From: an uncultured Atopobium sp.
Lineage (GTDB): Bacteria > Actinomycetota > Coriobacteriia > Coriobacteriales > Atopobiaceae
DNA: 32,823 bases
Reading direction: 5' to 3'
NCBI GenBank assembly: GCA_963507085.1
Contig: CAUORV010000001.1
Span: 1-32,823, forward strand
Shown here: positions 9,451 through 18,372 of the stretch, in pieces
Position numbering within the stretch: position 1 is the first letter of the stretch
How the letters are laid out: each line of letters begins with the position of its first letter
Made by a program: the position numbers and the translations under genes
The notes under the pieces: generated by a model
The model's input: only the letters and a program-made list of their open reading frames with translations
Told to the model about the DNA's origin: nothing
Databases searched by the model: none

Positions 9451-9941
9451 TCATGCCAGAGCTTAAAATTGGCCACGGATACGATGTTCATCGCCTGGTA
9501 GAGGGCAGAGATCTTATCTTAGGTGGCGTCAAAATTGAGCACACCAAAGGTCTTCTCGGCCACTCCGATGCTGATGTTTTAGCTCATGCGCTTATGGATG
9601 CCCTGCTAGGAGCCATGCGCGCCGGCGACATTGGTCAGCTTTTTCCCGATACAGATCCCGCTTATGAGGGCGCTGATTCTATGGTACTTCTGTCCCATGT
9701 TATGCAGCTTGTTCGTGATAAGGGCTTTGAGCTTCTGGATTGTGATTGCACCGTTGCAGCTCAGGCGCCTAAGTTGCTTCCTCATCGCGATGCTATGAGA
9801 AACCGCATGGCAGAGGTCATGGGTGTTTCGCCAGATAAAGTTGGCGTAAAAGCTACCACTACCGAAGGCCTTGGCTTTGTGGGCAACCAAGAAGGTATTG
9901 CTGCCTGGGCAGTTGTACTGCTGGGACACACCGCGCAATAA
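9447..9941 (+). CDS. ispF: 2-C-methyl-D-erythritol 2,4-cyclodiphosphate synthase
   Basis: IGHGYDVH, GHSDADV, GDIGQLFPDTD, KATTTEGLG. GTGA overlap with the ispD stop; ATG 9453 is an alternative start. Confidence 0.96.
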   Translation: MIMPELKIGHGYDVHRLVEGRDLILGGVKIEHTKGLLGHSDADVLAHALMDALLGAMRAGDIGQLFPDTDPAYEGADSMVLLSHVMQLVRDKGFELLDCDCTVAAQAPKLLPHRDAMRNRMAEVMGVSPDKVGVKATTTEGLGFVGNQEGIAAWAVVLLGHTAQ

Positions 9942-9942
9942 A

Positions 9943-11583
9943 TTACAGCTCTACGATATGGTCGGCTGCCTCCACCACTTTAGGGTCATGAGATATGAGC
10001 AGTATTATGTGGTCCTGCTTGACCTTCTTGAGAAGATTAAGAAGGACATCAACACTGTTTTGATCTAATGCAGAAGTTGGCTCATCAAGCAACATAACAC
10101 TTGGATTCATAAGCATCATGCGGATAATTGCAATCTTTTGCTTTTCTCCACCAGAGATAGCAGAGCTTCGTTCACCCAGGCGAACGTCAAGATTTTGATC
10201 ATCACCAAGCAGCAATTTTTCCAGATTGAATAGCTTGATATAGCTGATTATCTCTTCATCTGTTGGTTGCTTTTTGCAGAGTAGGGTCAGATTATTTCTT
10301 ACCGTATCGTCAACAATGCTTGGCTCTTGTTCGGTAAATCCAAGAGTATTTTTTCGGAGTTCATACTGATTAATTTGAGCTAGCAAGTCCTCATTAATGG
10401 CAATATTGCCCGATAGGTGAGAAGACCACTCTCCGTTAATGAGTTTCAAAAATGTAGATTTGCCTGTTCCGTTTCCACCGGTAATAGCGTATATATTTCC
10501 CTTCGCAAAACTACAAGACAAGTTGTTCATCAGCACTTTATTTGTATGTGGATAAGAAAAAGATACGTTTGTGCAGGTAATTTGATTGACGTTCTCTGAT
10601 GGAATGATGTTACCAATGGATTCTTGAGGTAAATCAAGAATCTGCTCAATTCGATCAAGACTTACCGTAATACTCTGATAAGCCATGCCAAATTCCATAA
10701 GAAGCGTAATAGAACCTAAGAGCGATACAAAATAGCTTGAAATGGTTGCAATATAGCCAGGCTGTAGTGCTCCAAGGAAAATTTGATAGGCACAGGTAAC
10801 AAAGACAATGGCTTGGAATACGGCAATTACAGCATTGTTTAATTCCTGTACGCCAAATTCCAGTTTGTACTGCTCATGAATGGCACTACGAATTTTTTGA
10901 TTAACGGCATAATGCTGATTAAAGAAACGCTCAAAGAGAGAATGGCGCCTGATAAAATCTACGTCTGTGAATTGGGAGAGCTCAATAGATCCATACTGTG
11001 ATCTCAGTTCTTTGGATTCCCTATATCTTTTATAGGCCGCAGCTTGGATTTGCTTATAGATAATAAAACTCACCAACAACAGAACAACTGTTATAAGAGC
11101 GGTTAATGGGTTCAGATATAAAATAATTGCCAGCGTGGCTAAGACGGAGACCGTAGTTGTTACAAAGCTCACACATTGTGTAAGTATAAAAATCGAAACG
11201 TCATTAGAATCGTTATTTACTGTCTGACGGTAATGTCCAGAATCATATGACGAGAAAAACGATGAATCGGCGTGTTGAATCTTGTCAATCAGCTGTCGCT
11301 CAATAGTAAACGAAGAATCAATTTGTAACTGACAATAGCGTGTTTTAGCAAGATAGGAACAGCCGGCAATAAGGATTCCTAGTGCGGCAACTACAGCGCA
11401 ATAGAAAAGTATCTCGCTCCAAGTTGTTCCTGAAATAAAAAGATTAATTACAAATCCAACAAGAAGAGGTTGGATCACCATAAGCGCTGTGACAAAGAAT
11501 GACAGAAAGAGAAAAATCGCAAGACTGCCCTTATCCAGAATGGTAGATATACAGTAGCGGATAATGTTAAAAAACTTACTCAT
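9943..11583 (-). CDS. ABC exporter, fused transmembrane and ATP-binding domains
   Basis: About six hydrophobic segments followed by an NBD: Walker A GGNGTGKST, signature ISGGEKQK, Walker B LLDEP, H-loop ISHD. ATG 11583 follows GAAGGTG. Visibly AT-rich. Confidence 0.9.
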   Translation of the reverse strand: MSKFFNIIRYCISTILDKGSLAIFLFLSFFVTALMVIQPLLVGFVINLFISGTTWSEILFYCAVVAALGILIAGCSYLAKTRYCQLQIDSSFTIERQLIDKIQHADSSFFSSYDSGHYRQTVNNDSNDVSIFILTQCVSFVTTTVSVLATLAIILYLNPLTALITVVLLLVSFIIYKQIQAAAYKRYRESKELRSQYGSIELSQFTDVDFIRRHSLFERFFNQHYAVNQKIRSAIHEQYKLEFGVQELNNAVIAVFQAIVFVTCAYQIFLGALQPGYIATISSYFVSLLGSITLLMEFGMAYQSITVSLDRIEQILDLPQESIGNIIPSENVNQITCTNVSFSYPHTNKVLMNNLSCSFAKGNIYAITGGNGTGKSTFLKLINGEWSSHLSGNIAINEDLLAQINQYELRKNTLGFTEQEPSIVDDTVRNNLTLLCKKQPTDEEIISYIKLFNLEKLLLGDDQNLDVRLGERSSAISGGEKQKIAIIRMMLMNPSVMLLDEPTSALDQNSVDVLLNLLKKVKQDHIILLISHDPKVVEAADHIVEL

Positions 11584-11825
11584 TCGAATCACCTTCTGAA
11601 GTTGTTAAGAGTAAGATTTCTTGTCTTCTAGTTCTTTGCAGTTTTGATTCAAATATAAATTCTTTAAATTTTTGTTCATCAAGTTTAATAAAACAAAAAA
11701 AACAATCCAGTACTAATCCGCAAACGGTTACAAAATTGAATCTTGATTAGTAGGGTATGGAACTTAAAGGTTTTCCACAAACCGTTTATACTTACACCAA
11801 TACACAATGGTTGCGAGGAGTATGC

Positions 11826-13307
11826 ATGCTTGTCTATAACACTCAGACGCATAAAAAAGAAGAGTTCAAGCCAATCGATGAGGGCAAAATCCGCATGTAC
11901 GTGTGCGGTCCTACGGTTTACGATCAGATTCACATCGGAAACGCCCGTACCTTCCTCTCGTTTGACGTTATTCGCCGTTATCTGATGCACAAGGGTTATG
12001 AGGTCACCTTTGCCCAGAATCTGACCGATGTTGACGACAAGATTATTCAGCGCGCAATTGAGCAGGGAAGGACTGCTCAAGAGGTTTCTGAAGAGTTTTC
12101 TCAGGCGTTTATCGAGCAGATGCATCGCTTTAATATTCTTGATCCAGATATTCGTCCTCGCGCAACGCACGAGATTGAAGCCATGCTTCAGATGATTCAA
12201 TCTTTGATTGAACAGGGTCACGCTTACGCGGTGCCTTCGGGCGACGTGTACTTCTCGGTTCGTTCTGACCACGGCTATGGTGTTCTTTCTGGTCGCGATC
12301 TTGATCAGCTTCGCGCAGGTGAGCGCGTTGAGGTTAATGACGAGAAACGCGACCCATTTGACTTTGCGCTCTGGAAGGCTGCTAAGCCTGGTGAGCCTAG
12401 CTGGCCAAGCCCTTGGGGAGAAGGTCGTCCAGGTTGGCACAGTGAGTGCTGCGCAATGATTCATCGCTACCTGGGTACTCCAATTGACATTCACGGTGGT
12501 GGCTCTGATCTGGTATTCCCTCATCATGAGAACGAGACCGCGCAGGCATCTTGCGCCTGGCACGGTCCTCTCGCCAATTATTGGATGCACACCGGAATGC
12601 TTCGCGTTGATGGCGAGAAGATGTCCAAGTCTTTGGGCAACTTCTACACACTCAAGGAAGTTTTGGACAAGTACCCTGCAGATGCAGTAAGACTTTTGAT
12701 GCTTCAAACGCACTATCGTGCGCCACTTGATTTCTCGTTTGAGCGACTTGAGGGTACCGTTGGTACGCTTGAGCGCATGAAGACCTGCGTTGCAAATCTC
12801 CGCTGGGCTTTCAAGCAGTCTTCTGCTCAGCACGAACTTTCCGATGCTGATTGCACGCTTGCTGAGGCTATTAATACAGCTCAGAGCGAGTTTGACGCTC
12901 AGATGGATGACGATTTCAATACCGCAGGAGCACTTGCTGCCATCTTTGCGCTGGTAACTGCTGCAAATACGTATCTTGCAGAGGTTGGTCAGAACGTTGG
13001 CGCAAGTCCTGTTCTTCGTGCAGCAGATATGTTGTGCGAGCTCACGGGCGCTTTGGGAATTGATTTGACTCAGGCGGCTTCTACCTCTGATTTACCAGAA
13101 GAGCTTGTGGCGCTTGCCGCTCAGGTAGCAGGCTATGAGGGCACGTCAGCTGACGAGGCTGCAGAGGCTTTGCTTGCTGCTCGTCAGGAGGCTCGTTCCC
13201 AGAAGAACTGGGCAGTTGCTGATCAAATTAGAGACGGCATTGCCGAGCTTGGACTTTTGATCGAAGATACCGCCGCTGGCGCTCGACTTAAGCGTAAGGC
13301 AGACTAA
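11826..13307 (+). CDS. cysS: Cysteine--tRNA ligase
   Basis: [39 protein letters not shown]. Start at ATG 11826 after GAGGAG. Confidence 0.97.
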   Translation: MLVYNTQTHKKEEFKPIDEGKIRMYVCGPTVYDQIHIGNARTFLSFDVIRRYLMHKGYEVTFAQNLTDVDDKIIQRAIEQGRTAQEVSEEFSQAFIEQMHRFNILDPDIRPRATHEIEAMLQMIQSLIEQGHAYAVPSGDVYFSVRSDHGYGVLSGRDLDQLRAGERVEVNDEKRDPFDFALWKAAKPGEPSWPSPWGEGRPGWHSECCAMIHRYLGTPIDIHGGGSDLVFPHHENETAQASCAWHGPLANYWMHTGMLRVDGEKMSKSLGNFYTLKEVLDKYPADAVRLLMLQTHYRAPLDFSFERLEGTVGTLERMKTCVANLRWAFKQSSAQHELSDADCTLAEAINTAQSEFDAQMDDDFNTAGALAAIFALVTAANTYLAEVGQNVGASPVLRAADMLCELTGALGIDLTQAASTSDLPEELVALAAQVAGYEGTSADEAAEALLAARQEARSQKNWAVADQIRDGIAELGLLIEDTAAGARLKRKAD

Positions 13308-13309
13308 CT

Positions 13310-14347
13310 ATGGCAAGAAATCAGCGTTCTACCTCTAAAAACACTCGCTCTGAAGGTGTTGCTGGTCGCGGCGGCTCTGCGGGTCGCGGTGCTTCCGGTC
13401 GCAGTGGCTCCGCAGGTCGTGGCGGAGCTGCGGGTCGTGGCTCCAAGAAGGCTGCCGACTGGGGCGGTTATTTTGGTGCCAAGAATGGCCAGGGTTCAAA
13501 GGGAGGTCGTTCTGCACAAGGCGCACGCGCAGCTCAGGGCACTCGCGGACAGAAAGGCGCTGGTGGACAGCGAGGTGCTGACGCTGGACGTCCCGGTAAC
13601 AAGAAGCCTGCAACTGATCTTATCGAGGGTCGTCGCGCAGTAGCAGAGGCGCTGACCGTTGGTATTCCTTTGAAGAATGCGCTGGTACAAGCCGCAAGCG
13701 GGCAGAAGGACCAGGAGATTGAGGCTCTTGCACGTCAGCTTGAGCAGGAGGGTATTCCTGTCGAGCGTGTCGCAAAGCCCGTACTTGATTCACTTTCAAG
13801 TCACGGCGCTCACCAGGGCGTTATTGTCCGCACGCTGCCTTTTGCTTACGCTGACCTCTCTGAAATCATCCAGCGCGCTGGTTCAGAAAACGCTCTGGTT
13901 GTGGTCCTAGATCACGTCACTGACGAGGGAAACTTTGGTGCAATTGTGAGAAGCGCCGAGGTAGTTGGCGCAGCTGGTGTTGTCATTGCAAACGCTCGCG
14001 CCGCCCGAGTTGGCGTTGGAGCATATAAGACGTCTGCAGGAGCTGTGCTTCACCTGCCAATCGCCCAGGTTTCTAATCTGCCACGCGCTCTCGAAGAGCT
14101 CAAAGCCGCAGGTTTTTGGACATGTGGTTCTACCGAGCATGCCACTCAGTCCGTGTGGGAGGCTCCTATGGGAGGTCGCCTTGCGCTTGTCATGGGCTCT
14201 GAAGGTTCAGGAATTTCTCGCCTTATGCTCGAGAAGTGCGATTTTACGTGCAAACTTCCTCAGTTTGGCCAGGTTGAATCCCTGAATGTTGCTCAGGCAA
14301 CAACGGTCATGTGCTACGAGTGGCTTCGCAGGACCCAGGAAGCGTAA
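13310..14347 (+). CDS. rlmB: 23S rRNA (guanosine-2251-2'-O)-methyltransferase RlmB (TrmH/SpoU family) with long Gly/Arg-rich N-terminus
   Basis: HQGV, LDHVTDEGNFGAIVRSA, GSEGSG, ESLNVAQA; position directly after cysS is typical. Confidence 0.9.
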   Translation: MARNQRSTSKNTRSEGVAGRGGSAGRGASGRSGSAGRGGAAGRGSKKAADWGGYFGAKNGQGSKGGRSAQGARAAQGTRGQKGAGGQRGADAGRPGNKKPATDLIEGRRAVAEALTVGIPLKNALVQAASGQKDQEIEALARQLEQEGIPVERVAKPVLDSLSSHGAHQGVIVRTLPFAYADLSEIIQRAGSENALVVVLDHVTDEGNFGAIVRSAEVVGAAGVVIANARAARVGVGAYKTSAGAVLHLPIAQVSNLPRALEELKAAGFWTCGSTEHATQSVWEAPMGGRLALVMGSEGSGISRLMLEKCDFTCKLPQFGQVESLNVAQATTVMCYEWLRRTQEA

Positions 14348-14399
14348 GCTCAGGAAGCCCAGGAAGCGTAAGAAGTCCAGGAAGCCCAGGAAGCGTAAG
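14336..14399. repeat. Tandem duplication of the rlmB 3' end, including the stop codon
   Basis: CAGGAAGCGTAAG at 14336, 14360 and 14387, interspersed with CAGGAAGCC units. Confidence 0.85.
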
Positions 14400-14401
14400 G
14401 T

Positions 14402-14980
14402 ATGGCTCAGAAAAAATCGCTGCTTGTAGTCGATGGCTATAACGTCATGTTGGCGACTCCTCGCTATGAGGAGTTGCTGGATGAGCGTGGCTCTTCTGCG
14501 CAAGAAACCGCTGCTGAGAGAGCCTATCACCTCAACACCGATCCATTTTATCGCGCCCGTTTAGCGCTCATTTCTGACGTTGCCACGTTTGCGCAGAGTA
14601 CCTACGAGGCTGTTATTGTGTTTGACGGCAAAGGAAACGTAAACGACGAGCGCCCGGAGCGCATCCACGCTGGCGTGCAGCTGGTTTTTTCCGAGACTGG
14701 GGAGTCTGCGGATAGCGTCATCGAGCGCCTGGTCACGGACGCTCGAGAGGCTGGTCGCAAGGTATTTCTGGTCACGTCGGACAGGGACATCCGCGCTACG
14801 GCCGGCTTTGGCCCCGGCGAGGTCACGCGCATTGCAAGCGCATCACTGGTCCACGAGATTTCCCAGGCAGATAACGTTGTCGAAGAGATGCGTCGCGATC
14901 AGGTCAGTACGCGCATGACGCTTGAAGACCGCATTTCTCCAGAACAGCGCGAGAAACTCTGGAAGCTCCTGGGCAGATAA
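14402..14980 (+). CDS. NYN-domain (YacP/Rae1-like) endoribonuclease
   Basis: LLVVDGYNV, IVFDG, ESADSVIERL, VTSD motifs; syntenic position after rlmB as in Bacillus yacP. Confidence 0.85.
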   Translation: MAQKKSLLVVDGYNVMLATPRYEELLDERGSSAQETAAERAYHLNTDPFYRARLALISDVATFAQSTYEAVIVFDGKGNVNDERPERIHAGVQLVFSETGESADSVIERLVTDAREAGRKVFLVTSDRDIRATAGFGPGEVTRIASASLVHEISQADNVVEEMRRDQVSTRMTLEDRISPEQREKLWKLLGR

Positions 14981-15007
14981 GTAGCCAGGCCAGCGTCTTA
15001 CGCGCTC

Positions 15008-15069
15008 GACGCGTCAACGTGCCCGACCGCACCTGATTTGATTGACGCGCCAATGAGCCCAACCGCACC
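15008..15069. repeat. Imperfect 26-bp direct repeat (36-bp period)
   Basis: GACGCGTCAACGTGCCCGACCGCACC / GACGCGCCAATGAGCCCAACCGCACC. Confidence 0.6.
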
Positions 15070-15100
15070 AATACGTTCGGCGCCTGGGCGCGATCAGCGC

Positions 15101-15218
15101 GCCTAATTTCTGCAAAGAATCTGTAAATTCTGCCTGATAACAGCAAAGAATCTGTGGATTTGCCTGATTTTGTTAAAGAATCGGTGGCTCAAATACAGAT
15201 TCTTTGCACTTTTTAGGC
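15101..15218. repeat. 118-bp cassette type A, copy 1 (3 direct ~31-bp units + 1 inverted unit; MITE/REP-like)
   Basis: GCCT units at 15101, 15132 and 15162, each with AAAGAATC(T/G)GT. Terminal inverted unit TACAGATTCTTTGCACTTTTTAGGC. 15145-15218 is identical to 22150-22223. Confidence 0.9.
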
Positions 15219-15275
15219 AGGCCTTTCGTGACGTACCTTTTGGATCCAGCGTGGTTTCATGGGCGCTTTCATCGA

Positions 15276-15395
15276 GCCTGATTTTCTCGCCAAGTCTGAA
15301 CGATTTGCCGGAAAAGTGCGCCAAGTCTGAGTGTTTTGCCGGTTTTTCTCGCTATGTCTGAGCAAATTTACTCAGATATGATGCACTTTTCAGGC
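15276..15395. repeat. 120-bp cassette type B, copy 1 (3 direct 31-bp units + 1 inverted unit)
   Basis: GCC(T/G)G units at 15276, 15307 and 15338, each with GTCTGA. Inverted unit CTCAGATATGATGCACTTTTCAGGC. Homologous to 21929-22048. Confidence 0.88.
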
Positions 15396-15509
15396 TGACC
15401 ATACTTCATCAGGCAGCACATTTGCACCAAGTTCACCCCTACAAAAGGGAAGCGCTCCTATGAGCCGCATCGGGCAGTTTGTGGAGAAAAATTTCTCAGA
15501 AATTGAGAC

Positions 15510-15538
15510 TAGACCAAAGCCAGAAAAGTCTATAGAAT
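15510..15538 (+). promoter_or_regulatory. Putative sigma70 promoter for tRNA-Thr(TGT)
   Basis: TAGACC-17 nt-TAGAAT ending 16 nt before the tRNA. Confidence 0.55.
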
Positions 15539-15554
15539 ATCCTCTGCACTTGAT

Positions 15555-15630
<76 letters not shown>

Positions 15631-15803
15631 CTTGAATTTTCAGCCAGGCATTGCCTGGCTTTTTTCGTGCGAATTTTAGGGCATTCGCGACGTATCGCGT
15701 ATGGCTCTTACAGACAACCGCTAAAGCCCGTGTCCATTTGGCGAGAAAATCGCTTGGAATTGTGGAAAAATTTGATAAGATACGCCCGGTTGGGTGGATT
15801 ACG

Positions 15804-15832
15804 TTGACAAGAATTTTATTCAATCGTAATAT
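15804..15832 (+). promoter_or_regulatory. Putative sigma70 promoter for the tRNA cluster and tuf
   Basis: TTGACA-17 nt-TAATAT. Confidence 0.65.
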
Positions 15833-15938
15833 TTTCCCGCTTACGAGGTAATTGGAAGTTCAACTAGACTTCCTGCGTGCGTTAAATCGCAAGGTACAGC
15901 GCACACAATTACTTCAAGAGTGCTTGAAAACGGTATTT

Positions 15939-16022
15939 GGGGATATGGCACAGCGGCAACTGCGGCGGACTGTAAATCCGCTCCCTCTGGGTTCCTTGGT
16001 TCGAGTCCAAGTATCCCCACCA
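15939..16022 (+). tRNA. tRNA-Tyr (anticodon GTA)
   Basis: GGGGATA...TATCCCC-ACCA; GCGGA-CTGTAAA-TCCGC anticodon arm; long variable arm; 84 nt. Confidence 0.95.
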
Positions 16023-16023
16023 C

Positions 16024-16099
16024 GCCCGTGTAGCTCAGTAGGTAGAGCACTTCGTTGGTAACGAAGAGGTCACCGGTTCAAATCCGGTCGCGGGCTCCA
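16024..16099 (+). tRNA. tRNA-Thr (anticodon GGT)
   Basis: GCCCGTG...CGCGGGC-TCCA; CTTCG-TTGGTAA-CGAAG; 76 nt. Confidence 0.95.
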
Positions 16100-16118
16100 T
16101 TTTTCAAGCGGCATTTAT

Positions 16119-16195
16119 GCCGGCGTAGCTCAGCTGGTTAGAGCACACGGCTCATACCCGTGACGTCACTGGTTCGAATCCAGTCGCCGGTACCA
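16119..16195 (+). tRNA. tRNA-Met (anticodon CAT), elongator type
   Basis: GCCGGCG...CGCCGGT-ACCA; CACGG-CTCATAC-CCGTG. Lacks initiator hallmarks (C1:A72 mismatch, three consecutive G-C pairs). Ile2 identity is not fully excluded. Confidence 0.88.
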
Positions 16196-16301
16196 GACTC
16201 TTTACGGCGTACATGTCCTAGACATTTGCGCCGTTGAGTATAAACAGACGTTTTTTCACCACGGTCTAGCCCGAGGGTTAGTTCCAGAAGGAGGATTGGC
16301 A

Positions 16302-17507
16302 ATGGCCAAGGAAAAGTTTGACCGCACAAAGCCACACGTAAACATCGGTACCATTGGTCACGTCGACCACGGTAAGACTACCCTTACCGCAGCAATCACC
16401 AAGGTTCTCTCTGAGACCGAGGGCTGCAAGGCAGACTATACCGCCTTCGAGAACATCGATAAGGCTCCAGAGGAGCGTCAGCGTGGTATTACCATTTCCG
16501 TTGCTCACGTTGAGTACGAGACTTGGGAGCGCCATTACGCTCACGTCGACTGCCCTGGCCACGCAGACTACATCAAGAACATGATTTCTGGTGCAGCTCA
16601 GATGGACGGCGCAATCCTCGTTATTGCTGCAACCGATGGTCCTATGGCTCAGACTCGTGAGCACATCCTTCTTGCACGTCAGGTCGGCGTTCCTTACATC
16701 GTCGTCTTCCTGAACAAGTGCGACATGGTCGACGATGACGAGCTCATCGACCTCGTCGAGATGGAGACCCGTGACCTTCTCTCCGAGTACGACTTCCCAG
16801 GTGATGACCTTCCAATCATCCGTGGTTCCGCTCTCGGCGCTCTTAACGGCGAGGAGAAGTGGGTTGAGTCCATCCGTGAGCTCATGCACACCGTTGACTC
16901 CTACATCCCAACACCAGCTCGTGACAACGAGAAGCCATTCCTGATGGCAATCGAGGACGTCATGACCATTTCTGGTCGTGGTACCGTTGCTACCGGCCGT
17001 GTTGAGCGTGGTGAGCTCAAGCTTAACGATCCAGTCGAGATCGTTGGTATTAAGCCAACTCAGAGCTCTGTTGCTACCGGCATTGAGATGTTCCGTAAGA
17101 CCATGGACTTCTGCGAGGCTGGCGACAACGTTGGTATTCTTCTTCGTGGTGTTAAGCGCGAGGACATCGAGCGCGGTCAGGTTCTCTGCAAGCCTGGTAC
17201 CGTTACTCCACACAAGAAGTTCACCGGTGAGGTTTACGTTCTTACTAAGGAAGAGGGCGGCCGTCACACCCCATTCTTCTCTGGTTACCGTCCACAGTTC
17301 TACTTCCGTACAACTGACGTAACCGGCGACATCTACGAGCTCACCGATGCAAACGGTGGCAAGGTAGAGATGGCTATGCCTGGCGACCACATCACCGTTG
17401 GCTGCGAGCTCATTCACCCAATCGCTCTTGAGCAGGGTCTGAAGTTCGCTATCCGCGAGGGTGGCCACACCGTCGGCGATGGCCGTGTTTCCACCGTCAT
17501 CGAGTAA
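16302..17507 (+). CDS. tuf: Elongation factor Tu
   Basis: [57 protein letters not shown]. Confidence 0.99.
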   Translation: MAKEKFDRTKPHVNIGTIGHVDHGKTTLTAAITKVLSETEGCKADYTAFENIDKAPEERQRGITISVAHVEYETWERHYAHVDCPGHADYIKNMISGAAQMDGAILVIAATDGPMAQTREHILLARQVGVPYIVVFLNKCDMVDDDELIDLVEMETRDLLSEYDFPGDDLPIIRGSALGALNGEEKWVESIRELMHTVDSYIPTPARDNEKPFLMAIEDVMTISGRGTVATGRVERGELKLNDPVEIVGIKPTQSSVATGIEMFRKTMDFCEAGDNVGILLRGVKREDIERGQVLCKPGTVTPHKKFTGEVYVLTKEEGGRHTPFFSGYRPQFYFRTTDVTGDIYELTDANGGKVEMAMPGDHITVGCELIHPIALEQGLKFAIREGGHTVGDGRVSTVIE

Positions 17508-17530
17508 CTTCTTTTAAAGTTGCTAACTTG

Positions 17531-17561
17531 CCCGGCGTGCTTTTTGCGCGCCGGGTTTTTT
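17531..17561 (+). terminator. Intrinsic terminator after tuf
   Basis: CCCGGCGTGC-ttttt-GCGCGCCGGG followed by TTTTTT. Confidence 0.8.
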
Positions 17562-17606
17562 GTCGAGAAAAAATATGTGAACGCCTAGAGTAATTAGAGA
17601 AAAGTA

Positions 17607-17636
17607 TTGACATCTCTGGGTAGTGGGTGCTAACCT
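17607..17636 (+). promoter_or_regulatory. Putative promoter for rpmG
   Basis: TTGACA-18 nt-TAACCT with extended -10 TG. Confidence 0.55.
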
Positions 17637-17691
17637 AAGCAACCGCGTCACATTTCGAGAATACATCTCGTGACCGTGTTCAGGAGGATCA

Positions 17692-17841
17692 ATGCGTACA
17701 CTCGTTACTCTCGCCTGCACTGAGTGCAAGCGTCGTAATTACACTACGGACAAGAATAAGTCCAACAACCCAGATCGTATGGAGTTGAAGAAGTACTGCC
17801 CATGGTGCCACAAGCACACGGTACATCGCGAGACCCGCTAG
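17692..17841 (+). CDS. rpmG: 50S ribosomal protein L33 (zinc-ribbon type)
   Basis: Hand translation [49 protein letters not shown] (49 aa, two CxxC); RBS AGGAGG. Too short for the ORF track. Confidence 0.96.
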   Translation: MRTLVTLACTECKRRNYTTDKNKSNNPDRMELKKYCPWCHKHTVHRETR

Positions 17842-17859
17842 GCTAGGTGGGTTCGTTCT

Positions 17860-17935
17860 AGGCCAGTAGCTCCAATGGTAGAGCGGCGGTCTCCAAAACC
17901 GTTTGTTGAGGGTTCGAGTCCTTCCTGGCCTGCCA
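17860..17935 (+). tRNA. tRNA-Trp (anticodon CCA)
   Basis: AGGCCAG...CTGGCCT-GCCA; CGGT-CTCCAAA-ACCG; canonical rpmG-trnW-secE position. Confidence 0.95.
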
Positions 17936-18006
17936 GATAACTTCACCGGCCTTCCCATAAGGGTTGGCCGGTTTGTATGTAGGTATAACATCCAAGGGAG
18001 CGTAGG

Positions 18007-18369
18007 ATGGCAAATAAGGAGCGCAATAAGAGGAGCGCACGTAAGGCTCGCGCAGAAGAGCGCGCCCAGCGTGAGGCCCTTCAGGCTGAAGCTACTCCTG
18101 AAGCTTCTGCTAAGGCCACTAAGGCTGAGGCAAAGAAGCAGGAGAAGTCCCTTCAGCGTAACGCTAACCCTGGCTTCTTTGGCCGCCTGGGTGCTTATTT
18201 TGCAGGCGTTCGTACAGAAATGCACCGCGTTGTGTGGCCTTCAAGCTCTGAGCTTGCTGGTTTCTCTGTAGCCGTAATTGCAACAATCATTTTCTTTGGC
18301 TTGGTAACTTGGCTGGTTGATACTGGCATTGTTGCTGGTCTCGTCGCCTTTACTGGACTGAGGGGATAA
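18007..18369 (+). CDS. secE: Preprotein translocase subunit SecE
   Basis: VRTEMHRVVWPS motif followed by one TM helix; lies between tRNA-Trp and nusG. Confidence 0.92.
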   Translation: MANKERNKRSARKARAEERAQREALQAEATPEASAKATKAEAKKQEKSLQRNANPGFFGRLGAYFAGVRTEMHRVVWPSSSELAGFSVAVIATIIFFGLVTWLVDTGIVAGLVAFTGLRG

Positions 18370-18372
18370 TCA

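Noticed and set aside
11593..11825. T-box riboswitch upstream of cysS
   Set aside because: No T-box consensus (AAnnnGGGTGGnACCGCG) or terminator/antiterminator is visible.
15170..15361. Short ORFs sharing LKNRWLKYRFFALFR (also 22145-22444)
   Set aside because: The shared peptide is just the translation of cassette A. There is no RBS and the sequences diverge outside the repeat.
15101..15395. CRISPR array interpretation of the ~31-bp periodic repeats (also 21929-22223)
   Set aside because: Units are contiguous and degenerate with no unique spacers, end in an inverted copy, and no cas genes are present.
15631..15938. Integrated element at the tRNA-Thr(TGT) 3' end
   Set aside because: No duplicated tRNA 3' end (att site) and no integrase; the gap holds a promoter for the next tRNA cluster.
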